Shown one piece after another: positions 6,338 through 18,100 of a stretch of 19,374 bases of DNA. Where the stretch lies: assembly GCA_024626585.2 (NCBI GenBank), contig JANKJI020000004.1, forward strand, positions 140,321,506-140,340,879, read 5' to 3'. The notes beneath the pieces were generated by a model. It made no database searches and was not told the DNA's origin. It saw only the letters and a list, made by a program, of their open reading frames with translations. The position numbers and the translations under genes were made by a program. Position 1 is the stretch's first letter. Every line of letters begins with the position of its first letter. This DNA is from Ginkgo biloba (taxonomy: Eukaryota > Plantae > Ginkgophyta).

Positions 6338-9207
6338 NNNNNNNNNNNNNNNNNNNNNNNNNNNNNNNNNNNNNNNNNNNNNNNNNNNNNNNNNNNNNNN
6401 NNNNNNNNNNNNNNNNNNNNNNNNNNNNNNNNNNNNNTTGTCCTTACCCTTATTTCTTTTTATGATTTCCACCATCCTACATAGGAAGAGACTAGTCATA
6501 GCAAGTTGCAACATGTAGTATCCTTATTTTGTAACTGTCTCGAAAGCATAAAACTTGACATTGTTTTATTTGATAACTCAATTTTGAATGTCTTTTATCA
6601 ACTTTAGAAGCATAGATTTATCAGGCAGCCAAAAATGGTAGAGCAATTGGTTAAGTACAAACCCATCATGAGCTGGATGTGGAGATTGAAATGAATATTT
6701 AGGCTGATGGAGGCATGCTCAGCTTGGTTTGTTCCTTCTTCTTCTTCCTCTTCTAACATCCCAAGTGGAATCCAACTTCAAGAAGTGCACATTCTATTAC
6801 TCATTCTTACCAAATTCTGACATGCATAAGTATGATGAATTGCTTTTTCCAGTGCTTATGTGGTGGTTGATTCCAACAAGGTGCTAGAGTGCATGTTTTG
6901 ATATTTTGAATTAACATTCAGTTGGATTGCTGCCACCAGATCCCACATTTTCCTCTCACATTTATTGCTCAGACCCATACTTGTAAAAGTGTTGACAATT
7001 TNNNNNNNNNNNNNNNNNNNNNNNNNNNNNNNNNNNNNNNNNNNNNNNNNNNNNNNNNNNNNNNNNNNNNNNNNNNNNNNNNNNNNNNNNNNNNNCCAAC
7101 AAAAGTTTTTTTCCGTTCCCGGTTGAATCATTTGAAGATCTCCTGATTGGTCATATTGCATATGTACTAAGGAGGGCTGGACAAGTTCATTAGATGGAAT
7201 ATTTCCCATGATATGAACCACATCATTTTCAAATATGTTACATTTTTCTATAAGGCAATTGTCTTGGACTCTTCATCCTTTGCCCTTTGTTCTCTAGTCC
7301 TCAGAATTAATGTCTTTCACTGGACATATTCTCTATTTTATCCCTTCATGCTTTCATCCCAAACAGAACGAGCTACCTTATGGCTCAAGTCATTTTGGAG
7401 TCAATGTAATAATTTTATGTGCTTTTGCACATCCACTGCTTCAACTTTGATCATTCTACTTACCACTATTAATACAAGTGTCCAAATACAGAATGTGCTA
7501 TCAACCTCTTTTGAGCTCCCAACCTCAATTTTCTTTCCTTTTACAAAGGGCAATTATATCACTTTAGGAGTCCTATGGCTTGGGCATTCCCTTCTGCTTT
7601 CAAATCTTATTTGCTTGGGCCGAAATGGTAGAAGAAATGACTATTTGGCTGTATGCTCCTCTTCTTCTCCTTCTTACCTTCTTACCTTTTTTTTTCTCCC
7701 TTGTCATTCTCTTTGTATCCTCATCTGATTCCTCGAGTGCATTATATGGATCTCCTTAAGATTGAACGCCCATATTATTTTGCTTTATCATATTTTGATT
7801 AGAGAAAAGGGATTCTGTATGACTTGCAGCTCAAAGAGTTGCTTACCCATGGTTATTTGAAATCAAATGTAAATTCCATTGCCCACTGGCTGCAGCATGA
7901 AATGCTCCAATCACATTTTTCGGGAGTGTGCACATTAATAACCTAATCTTCCTCAAAATTCCATGGTGGTTTAATTTCGGTTCTAACAGTTTCATAATTC
8001 TTGCCAATTCAGATCATAGAAAGAGATCTCCATCAATTGTGCAGTAGTTGGGGAGATTGCACACTGGTAGTTGATTTCATCCTCCTTTGTTTGTTCTGTA
8101 ATCATTTGATGGCTAGATGGAACATTTTGTTTTTTTAAATGACTTTATAGCAGTGATTCATATTTGGAAACTCTCAAAAAACAGAATTTGATTCCTGTTT
8201 TCATTTCATTTGTATCTAATATCAATCTGACCGGATTCCCTACTCACAATGATTATGGTATATTATTATATTAGTCTTAGACTCTTTACATAGATATTTA
8301 TATCTGTATATATGCAAACTTGCAGTATACATTCTCCCCATTGTCTTTTACTTGGTACCCTTGATTGTGTTCATCGGATGCTTCTTCTGACTACTTGGGG
8401 GCGCTAAATGGTCAGCTTAGCAGCTTGCTTCACTTGCTTGATTTTGGGATACCTTTGATGACCTCTACTTCAATCATCTGAATGAGGAACCTTCTGATGC
8501 ATTTTTGTTGGTTGTTTGGCAACTTAATCTTCCGAAAAGTCAAATTAATTGGCAATTTTATGGCCCATTCCACCAAGTCTTTTGCATTGCTGAAGTTGTT
8601 CTGATACAGCATGTTTATATTTTTGTTGTTTTCTTGCTTCGATCAGCACTGATCTATCACATGTTTGGCAACTTAGTCTTTTCCTGCGTAGAACAATTGG
8701 ATCTCAAAAAGTTGCTGGAAAAGGGGCTGTGGAAATATATGGAGGAGTTTCGAAAAAGCAGCACGAAGCCAATCCAAACGCTTAAAGTGAAAAATTGCAA
8801 GTTAGAGTCATTCAGATTCTGGATAATTGATCAAGCTATTTGGTTCTCATCAGAATATCCATGTGACAGGAAGCAAGGGAAATGGCTTACTCCAATGAAG
8901 AAGGTTTGATAGGGATGTTCAAAGTAGATGACACTAATGATGATTCCCAAGGAGTATGACCTCAGTTACATTGGCTTCAGAATTCCGTCCCAAGACCTAT
9001 TAGTACGATAGGAATGTTTCCTTGTGTTCTCTCTCAATCTGCATTCCCAGTATAGTTATGCCTTTAATAATATGAATACTGCATGACTCCTTAGTAGTTA
9101 ATATAGAGGCAATTCAATTATTCTAGGCACAGTTAGTCACTTTGAGATGGTTATGTTTTCTCTAACTTGTTTTAGGTAGTAGAGTCTTTAGAATTTCAGT
9201 CAAATAC

Positions 9208-10608
9208 ATGAGCAACACTATGGATGTGAAAACTAATAGAGGGGATACTGGAGGATGTATGGAGTCCGGCAGAGGGAAAGGTGTAGTGCAAGTTGAGGAG
9301 GCTCTCGGGGACATCGACCCTTTATCATACAGGTTAGTGGAGGGGCCTAACAGGCTATTAGGTCCTAATGTAGATAGAAGGGGCCCGCGCCCTTTTAACC
9401 CTGGATATCTCTCTTGGGTAAATGTTTTGAAGGGTAAGCAAAAGCTTGACAGTAGTTGTTTCAATCTTCTGCCTTCTAATAGAGAGTTGCAGGTTCCAGA
9501 CTCTTATGCAGATCTCAAACTAGACCAGAGTAGGCTCTCCTTGGTAGGGAAGTTTTTAAGAGTTCGATCAAATTTGGATGCTATCAGGAAGTGGTCTTTG
9601 GAAAAATGGAGGCCGCAAGCAGGCATGGAGATCATCGCCCTTCCTAAATTTTTTTTCTGGGTGAAGTTGAGATTAGTTGAAGACGTTGAGAAGATTCTTC
9701 TTGGTTGTCCTTGGTTATATGGGCATAGAGGCCTTTTTCTAAAAAAGTGGACGCTGGACTTCGACTCTCACTCTCAAACCATAGATCTAGCTCCCATCTG
9801 GGTAAGGTTGTTAGGCCTTCCGATAAGTTTATGTCATGAAGAAATCCTAGCAGGCATTGCTCGAGAGTTGAGACAATTGATCGCCATCAATCTAGCCACG
9901 CTGAGTAAGTCCATAATGCTTTATGAAAGAATCTATGTTCTAGCTAATTTAAGTAAAGAACTTCCTAAATCTTTTAAGTTAATGTCGAAATATGGGGAAT
10001 GGAATCAAGTTTTTGAGGTGGAGAATGCCAGCGTTAAATGCAGTATTTGCAATCCGTTAGGGCATCAAATTTTTCTTTGCAAAGGACCTCGAGGTGGCCC
10101 TCAAACTCGAAGATGGAAACGAAAAGAACCTTATGTGACTCTTTAGGAGTCCCCTGATCTAATGCCCAGTAGTTCTAGTAAGGAAGAGGGAGAGAGAATT
10201 TCCCCCCTAGAGGGTGTTGTGAATGATGTTCAGAAGGAGAGGCTCCCTCCTCTAGTTGTTCAGGCGGGAGGGGAAGCTTCTCAAGACCCTGTCCCCCCTC
10301 TTTCTCCTATTTTACTTCCACCGATTCAAATAACGAACCCCTTCAGTTGTTTACCCACGGACATGGAAGATGCTATGAGGGTTTGGATGGAGACAGATCC
10401 CCTTGGGAGAAAATATTTGACTTCAGAGAAGAAGATCTTGGCTAGAAGTCAGTCAAATCCCCAGGCAGATGTGGAAATACTTAGAAGTAGGGGGAAACGT
10501 CCCTCAGTAGTGATTTTATAGAAGGTAGTAGTGAAGGAAGTGGCCAATGGGACGCAAACAATTTTAAATTTTGGAGGAATGGGCCAGAACTCGAAGCATA
10601 AGAAATGA
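9208..10608 (+). pseudogene. LINE ORF1 (DUF4283/RRM-like domain plus zf-CCHC_4 zinc knuckle), two premature stops
   Basis: Motifs SLVGKF...W, GCPWLYGHRGLFLKKWTLDFD, APIWVRLLGLP and CSICNPLGHQIFLC. ORFs 9208-10146 and 10162-10521 share a frame, and reading through TAG 10144-10146 and TAG 10519-10521 leads to TGA 10606-10608. Confidence 0.9.
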
Positions 10609-10916
10609 AGATACTTTCCTGGAACATTTAGGGATTAAATGCCCCCTCTAAGCATCGGTTAGTTGTAGACTTAAGAAAGAAACATAAGCCAGATTTATTA
10701 CTACTTCAAGAAACCAAATTGGATGAAACTAAAATAGCTAGTATAAAGAACATCATCTGGAAAGAGATGGGTATAAGTGCAAGTGTTGCGGAAGGCTCAA
10801 CTGGTGGTCTTCTTATCCTCTGGGATAAGGAGATTATAGAAAGAAAGGTCTTAATTGAGACAAAATGGTTCATTACTTTATTCTGTCATAACAAAATTTC
10901 TCAAGAAGATTGGATT
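10605..10916 (+). pseudogene. LINE ORF2 N-terminus (AP-type endonuclease)
   Basis: MKILSWNI*GLNAPSK...KPDLLLLQETK...AEGSTGGLLILWD matches the WN.RGL, LQETK and G.SGG..W motifs of L1 endonucleases. Stop at 10629-10631. Confidence 0.92.
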
Positions 10917-11914
10917 NNNNNNNNNNNNNNNNNNNNNNNNNNNNNNNNNNNNNNNNNNNNNNNNNNNNNNNNNNNNNNNNNNNNNNNNNNNNNNNNNNNN
11001 NNNNNNNNNNNNNNNNNNNNNNNNNNNNNNNNNNNNNNNNNNNNNNNNNNNNNNNNNNNNNNNNNNNNNNNNNNNNNNNNNNNNNNNNNNNNNNNNNNNN
11101 NNNNNNNNNNNNNNNNNNNNNNNNNNNNNNNNNNNNNNNNNNNNNNNNNNNNNNNNNNNNNNNNNNNNNNNNNNNNNNNNNNNNNNNNNNNNNNNNNNNN
11201 NNNNNNNNNNNNNNNNNNNNNNNNNNNNNNNNNNNNNNNNNNNNNNNNNNNNNNNNNNNNNNNNNNNNNNNNNNNNNNNNNNNNNNCATCCAAACATGAG
11301 GAGATCCTACAGTCAAGCGGTGAATCCTTCCTTTGGGAGGAAGGTTAAGAGGAATATGGTTTTGTCTTTTTCAAAATCTGATCTTAATTTTCTGCAGATG
11401 GCAAGGATTAGAGGTAGGTTTCTGAAAATGCTGCAATTATATATAGAGCTTGAGGCAAAAACACCTGAAAGAAGTTCATCTTGCAGTATGGCGTTCAATC
11501 ATATATGATAATGATTAACACGGCATATTACTACTGGCACTTTCCTGGGTTTAGGAATGAATTAATAATCTTCCAGGCTATTTGTCGTGTGACTTGCTGG
11601 CCATACATTTCTATTTTCAAAGGATTGGTTCTTCAGGCCTTGCTTTTGGGAAATCCTCCATTCAATTCACCTTGCAAGTCTTGTGTATAATGTTTCGAAG
11701 GAGGTATCTTCATGTGATTATCCACTAAGCATTCAGATAAAGAGTCTGGCAATGTTTGGTGAACAAGGATGTACATGCAGCTTGGTAGACTGAAACCATA
11801 GGTGGTGTTGAATTTGGCGATTGGTTGACAGTCGGTGTAGAATTGAGAGTAGGTAATTTTTAAATTCTGTTGTACAAATAGAAATGCTGCTGATAGTAAA
11901 TTTTTTCTTTCTTA

Positions 11915-12148
11915 ATGAACTTATTGAGACATGATACATGGAAAACATTATGAATACCAGATGAATTAGGTAACTCTAGTGCGTAAGTGGCCTCATCAAT
12001 CTTCTTAGTAGCTCTATATGATCCATAAAATTTAGGGACCAAATTATACTTCCCTTTTTATTTAAGAGAGGTCTACTTATAAGGTTATAAATTTAAGTAT
12101 ACCCCATCACCCACCTAGAATGTATGTTCAATCCTATGCTAATCTCCT
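11915..12148 (-). pseudogene. Ty3/Gypsy integrase C-terminal fragment (GPY/F module)
   Basis: Minus strand reads F*VGDGVYLNL*PYK*TSLK...LVPKFYGSYRATKKIDEATYALELPNSSGIHNVFHVSCLNK, matching the chromovirus motif PKFYGPY...AY.LELP....IH.VFHVS.LK. Confidence 0.9.
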
Positions 12149-14191
12149 NNNNNNNNNNNNNNNNNNNNNNNATTTTGTGAAAATTATAGATTAACCTTGA
12201 GAAGTATGATGTTTTTATCTACCAAATGTAGGTGGAATTTAATTATTTTCACCCTTGGCTAATAAGATGTGTATATTTTCATATAAGGTGGTGGATATCC
12301 ATATAGATCCTCAAATGGGGTAATTTTGATGAAGGTATGATCATAAGTGTTATATTACCATTCTACTAGGTGTATCCATCTATGCCATTGTATTTCTTTA
12401 TATATAGTGTAACTCATGAGGTAACCTTNNNNNNNNNNNNNNNNNNNNNNNNNNNNNNNNNNNNNNNNNNNNNNNNNNNNNNNNNNNNNNNNNNNNNNNN
12501 NNNNNNNNNNNNNNNNNNNNNNNNNNNNCTAAATTGCCCTCAATATGCTGTTATGAATTATTAATGAGTGCCATTGTTGCTATATTTAATGAAATTTGAT
12601 GTCAGTAGTTTGTTGGCTGCTAGTAATTAATTAATTGGTCATTTCTGCATCGACTGCCAGTCATTGTGTAAGCTTCAATTTCAAGTACAAACTCTGTGAC
12701 TAATCTGTCCTAACATTCTAAGGAATTCAATAAATTTGTAATAGATTTTTTTAATGTTTTTTGTGTGAATATTACCGTAGAAACACTTACCAGTTTACCG
12801 GCAACTGTCAATGTTGGCACTAAACCAGTCTCCTGCATGTATTGATCACAAGGTTGATGTCTGCTAGACATAGTTGTGGCTGATCTTTTCTTGTAGCCTA
12901 GAATGTTATTTATTGCCCCTTCCTATCGAAAGGGACACCGGATTCATGTATTTTGAGCAACCTTTCTCAGAGGCATATCACTAATCTCCAACTTATCTCT
13001 AATCTCATTTTTGAGCATACATTTAATCTGTGTTAGACTAGGGAAGGGACTCCCACCACATGGATTTTGTTTGATTTTGGCTCTACACTTTCGTTGATAG
13101 TTTTTTGTGGGAATAGTCTGTTATCTTTCTAATGGAGTCTTACTGAGTATGTCGCATAAGGGTTAGTTCTATGCAAATTATGCAAAATAGATGTGAGGTG
13201 TCATATCTACTAATTTGCAAACTCCATTGCCACTATGATGCATTCTATTTATTGTTTATTGGGTTCTAGTTTGTATATGTAACAATGTCACCTTAAACCT
13301 GTAAGATTTCTATAGCAATTAACATAAACATTCCATAACATGGTAAATTAGAATTCATCATCATCATCACAATTGCATAAGTTTATTAGCGCCGATAGGC
13401 GCTCTTTTACAATGAGCTCAATGGGCAGAATTGTCGTTACGTTAAGGAAAAATGAGGCGTTTTTTTGTTAATGGTATCTTTTCACCCTCCCTACCCAAGC
13501 CTTAACCATGGTTAAGGCCTCTCAACTCCAAAGACGATAGACACTAATGCTCTGCAATGTTTTTTCTCTCGCATAAACGACGTTTGATAGGCATTGCCAA
13601 AGTAAAAAGACTCCAAACTGTCGACGCTTGTCCTTTCCAATTCCATTCTTTGCTACACAATCCTCTACAATATTTAATGTGAAGTGATTTTGTTTGTTGT
13701 GGGTAGTATTCAAGGTTGTATTCCATCAAGGTATTGACAACCAGTATGACGATAGATGCATGACCAACATATAATAGCCCTTCAACATCTAGAATTGTGT
13801 TGAGTTGCTTTCCGCAGTGAGTTGATAGTTAATTGCTTTTCGTAGTGGCAGGGTTGTTTTTCGAATGCCGACGACATTTGATCGAATCCATTTGTGTATT
13901 CTCAATGAAATTGCAAGATCTCCTAACTTGACTAAAGGCTCAAAGAGACATTTGTTGTTTTCTCGATGCTCTCCCGGTTGTTGTGTTCACGGGCACACCA
14001 ATAATAATCTGGCATTACACTATTTTGTTCCACATTTCATTTATTTATTTTAGTTTAGTTTATTTTGATTGCCTATTGGCGCATATCAACGNNNNNNNNN
14101 NNNNNNNNNNNNNNNNNNNNNNNNNNNNNNNNNNNNNNNNNNNNNNNNNNNNNNNNNNNNNNNNNNNNNNNNNNNNNNNNNNNNNNNNNNN

Positions 14192-14200
14192 ATATATACA

Positions 14201-14232
<32 letters not shown>

Positions 14233-14263
14233 CATGTGTGTGTGTGTATATATATATATATAT
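14192..14263. repeat. Compound (AT)n/(GT)n microsatellite
   Basis: ATATATACA(TG)n(TA)nCA(TG)n(TA)n, directly beside an assembly gap. Confidence 0.95.
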
Positions 14264-14329
14264 TCAGTTATATATTTCAAAATTCAGTTATAGATTTGGA
14301 GACTTTATAGTTGTAAGAGGTTAAAATGG

Positions 14330-15194
14330 TTGGAAATAGTTGAAGATTAGCTTTAGAATATAGTTGGCTTGGTGCTAAGGTTGTTTTTACAAATCCTATA
14401 GGAAGGAGGGATGTTACTCTTCATATAAGAGACGATTTAGCCTTAAATGAAATTAATAGTGTAGTCAGTTTGTGTGATAGAGTAGTTTGATTAGTTTCAA
14501 AAAATTCTAATAGAAATTTTGAAGTAGCATAGATTTATGTTTTAAATATTCCAGAAGAAAGAAAAATGTTGTGGTATTGGATAGCTGATAATTTAGATGG
14601 CATTGCATGGATTTTTGGGGGTGATATTAACATGATAGAAAACCTTGGGCATGAGAAAGGGGGTCTCCCTTTTCCTTGGAAGGTCGATGAAAGGGGGTCA
14701 TGGTTTATAATGAAGAGGAGAATTAGTATACTAGACCCTTGTATAAGCCTAATTCCTCACATTATAGATTTACTTGGTCTAATCAAGAATTGATAAAGAA
14801 GAGAATCATGTCACAAATTTATGATTCTTTTGAATGGCTCCTTTAAGGTTAATTTAGTTATTGTTAGACCAAATGTGATCTCTGACCACTACTAGATAAT
14901 AATATATTTGGAAGAAAGCAGTAAAAAAAATTGAATACTTTTCTTATTAAATTCAAAACATGCCAAAGAGTTGAAAAATTATGGACCCTTTTCCCTAAGC
15001 CAGTGGGTAACAATGGATGGATTCAATGGTGGGAAGATGCCTTCAATAGAGTGGTGGCCTTTTTAAGATTATTTGGGAAGAAGGTTAATAATATTGGAAA
15101 AGGAAGACATCATTTTAATGAAGAAGAATTGATGAAAGCTACCAAATTAGTGGAAGGAGATCCATTTAATGAAGTAAAACAAAAGAACCTTTCT
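14330..15194 (+). pseudogene. Highly degraded LINE ORF2 fragment (endonuclease and following region)
   Basis: IYVLNIPEERKMLWYWIADNL...WIFGGDINMIE (GDFN motif equivalent), then RPNVISDH (SDH at 14881-14889), then KLW...WWEDAFNRVVAFLR. Many stops and frameshifts; ends at the gap at 15195. Confidence 0.75.
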
Positions 15195-18100
15195 NNNNNN
15201 NNNNNNNNNNNNNNNNNNNNNNNNNNNNNNNNNNNNNNNNNNNNNNNNNNNNNNNNNNNNNNNNNNNNNNNNNNNNNNNNNNNNNNNNNNNNNNATGTAT
15301 TTGAAAGACTTATTGGATTCCTAGACTGATTGTCTAGTAGGATGATACAAGGAACAACATCTTGTGGATCAACTCATTTTTTTTGTTGGGGCAAGGGTGG
15401 TGGTGGGAAGGCTTTTGGCTTGCAACTTTGGAAGTAAACTTAAAGAATGAAGAAAATAAGAAATTCATTCATCTATGCTTTGCATATCTATCAACATCTA
15501 TCTAAGAGTAAAAATATCCCTAATAACAATGACCAAGAATATTATTTCCCATATCTAAATAAAGTAGACAAGGAATCCTTAGTGCTCTTGAATAGGTAGA
15601 ATTTGGTATCACGCTAAAGGGAAACCTTGTTAACTTGGTGCTTAGATAAAAGTCAATATGGTAACGCCCATTACCTAAACTTTGGAAGTGAAATGGACTC
15701 TAGACAGGGTGTCTCTCATTGTATTGAAAGTAATAACCTTGGTCTNNNNNNNNNNNNNNNNNNNNNNNNNNNNNNNNTAAAATTAATATTACTCATATGT
15801 GATTCAACTATCTATGCTAATCATTTAAAGTGGAAGATAGAATTATAATATCATGTAAAAAGAGGAGAATAATATCAAAATATGGTGTAAGGTACAACCA
15901 TTATTGATATATGTGGTCTCGTAAAGGTGTTTCTCAAGATCATTGATATGGAGTCCAAAATGTGTAGGTGAATGAGGGAATCCATGTTTAACCTCAATAA
16001 TGCTATGAATATCCTTAGAAAACCCATGAATGATGAGAATATGGCTAATCACTTTCTTATAAATCATCATCTCAACAACAATAATGATTTTTCAGATTCC
16101 AAGTACATATAAACTCTCAAAGAGAATATGCCTAAGGACTATGTCAAAGTCCTTCTAGGAGTCTTGTTAAGACATTATCAAATTACGATTGCATATTTGT
16201 CATGTTAAATATTATAAGGAATGATATTTTGGAATCAATATCACCTATAGATGAAAATATGTGTTCTTTTTATGAAGGACAATTTTGTAGGACTTAACAT
16301 GGGAGACTATGGGAACTCTTTACCATTTGTGGTAAAATGATAATAAATGATTNNNNNNNNNNNNNNNNNNNNNNNNNNNNNNNNNNNNNNNNNNNNNNNN
16401 NNNNNNNNNNNNNNNNNNNNNNNNNNNNNNNNNNNNNNNNNNNNNNNNNNNNGGAAAAGTGTAAAAAAATATGAGTTTTAAGAGAAAATTTATGAAATAA
16501 AGGTTATTTTTAACATTTATAAGGATTTTTTCTAAAGTGGCACTTTGATGTTTTTGAGCATTAAGAGGCTATTTTTGCTAGAAGAATGCCATTTGGATTC
16601 ATTTGGGGACTTGTGAGCAATAATAGAGATAGGAACATTTTATTAGAAAGTGGAGTGTGTAGATCAATGTGCATCATTATTTCATGATGTGAAGTAAATG
16701 CTTATTCAAGAGTCATTTATTTCTCTCTTATTATATTAAAAAATGCTAACTCCCCTATTTTCCTTGTTATAAGGGTGATATGGGATCTTGGTGAGATAGA
16801 TAGATCAACTTATGTATACATAAGGTGAAAGTGAGAACTTGATAATTCATACATAGACTGTGGATGGTTGATAACTAATTAACTGATAATTACTTGTTAA
16901 AATTGTGTATGAATAACTTTTTACAACATGCAATGACATAAAATATCATACCCAACTAAGAATAAAGCTTACCCTAATGCATGGTGCAATTGTTGATTTT
17001 GGGATTTATTGATAAATATGATTGTGNNNNNNNNNNNNNNNNNNNNNNNNNNNNNNNNNNNNNNNNNNNNNNNNNNNNNNNNNNNNNNNNNNNNNNNNNN
17101 NNNNNNNNNNNNNNNNNNNNNTAAATGGTTCCCTAAACACATTATGATGTGTTATGTGGAAGCTAACTACAATAGTGACGCAAGTTTAGGGTTTAGGATA
17201 CAAATGTCATAAATGCCCAAATTGATGTGGACTAAGTGATGGATGGAATAGGCATCGATAAGGTGTGAACCTAGGCATAGATGTGGCAAATCCATATTTT
17301 GATGAATTATGCAAGTGATCTTATCCTATNNNNNNNNNNNNNNNNNNNNNNNNNNNNNNNNNNNNNNNNNNNNNNNNNNNNNNNNNNNNNNNNNNNNNNN
17401 NNNNNNNNNNNNNNNNNNNNNNNNATATAATGTAGCGGTCCTAGAATCTCCAAGTTCTATGTGATTATGAACACTAGGCACATTGTTGGTTAGTGTTGTG
17501 AAAACTAACTACTTAGGGGCCTTAATTTAGGTATCCTGTAACATCATCGATAGCTAGAGAAGAAATAAATAATATATAGGATAACATTATTGACATGTTA
17601 TGGATGGACCTATAACTCATGTATGTACGCACACTTATTAATGCATCGGATATAAGTGACCTATCCTANNNNNNNNNNNNNNNNNNNNNNNNNNNNNNNN
17701 NNNNNNNNNNNNNNNNNNNNNNNNNNNNNNNNNNNNNNNNNNNNNNNNNNNNNNNNNNNNNNNNNNNNNNNNNNNNNNNNNNNNNNNNNNNNNNNNNNNN
17801 NNNNNNNNNNNNNNNNNNNNNNNNNNNNNNNNNNNNNNNNNNNNNNNNNNNNNNNNNNNNNNNNNNNNNNNNNNNNNNNNNNNNNNNNNNNNNNNNNNNN
17901 NNNNNNNNNNNNNNNNNNNNNNNNNNNNNNNNNNNNNNNNNNNNNNNNNNNNNNNNNNNNNNNNNNNNNNNNNNNNNNNNNNNNNNNNNNNNNNNNNNNN
18001 NNNNNNNNNNNNNNNNNNNNNNNNNNNNNNNNNNNNNNNNNNNNNNNNNNNNNNNNNNNNNNNNNNNNNNNNNNNNNNNNNNNNNNNNNNNNNNNNNNNN

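Larger units (their letters stand above)
9208..10916 (+). mobile_element. L1-clade LINE (non-LTR retrotransposon), 5' portion; truncated by the gap at 10917
   Basis: Plant-type ORF1 followed directly by an APE-endonuclease ORF2. The 5' UTR boundary is not identifiable. Confidence 0.9.

Noticed and set aside
7213-7728. 171-aa plus-strand ORF as a membrane protein gene
   Set aside because: The F/S/L-rich composition reflects a pyrimidine-rich strand; no recognisable domain.
10855-11508. Long ORFs spanning N-runs (also those at 13983-14324, 17009-17212 and 17619-18404)
   Set aside because: Artefacts of translating assembly gaps; the YIYI/CVCV peptides come from the microsatellite.
11915-12148. 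Integrase fragment as the missing 3' part of the 1840-6337 element
   Set aside because: Opposite strand, more than 5 kb away, and separated by a LINE and unrelated DNA; treated as an independent older insertion.
15604-15614. PBS-like TGGTATCACGC
   Set aside because: Only 8 nt match tRNA-iMet, there is no LTR-terminal CA just upstream, and no gag is recognisable downstream.
15780-16350. Possible Copia RT/RNase H remnant on the minus strand
   Set aside because: Only a vague DNVLTRLL resemblance to ADILTKPL; not supportable by eye.
17431-17668. TGTAGCG as the start of another LTR
   Set aside because: Short island between two gaps, with no partner LTR, PBS or PPT.
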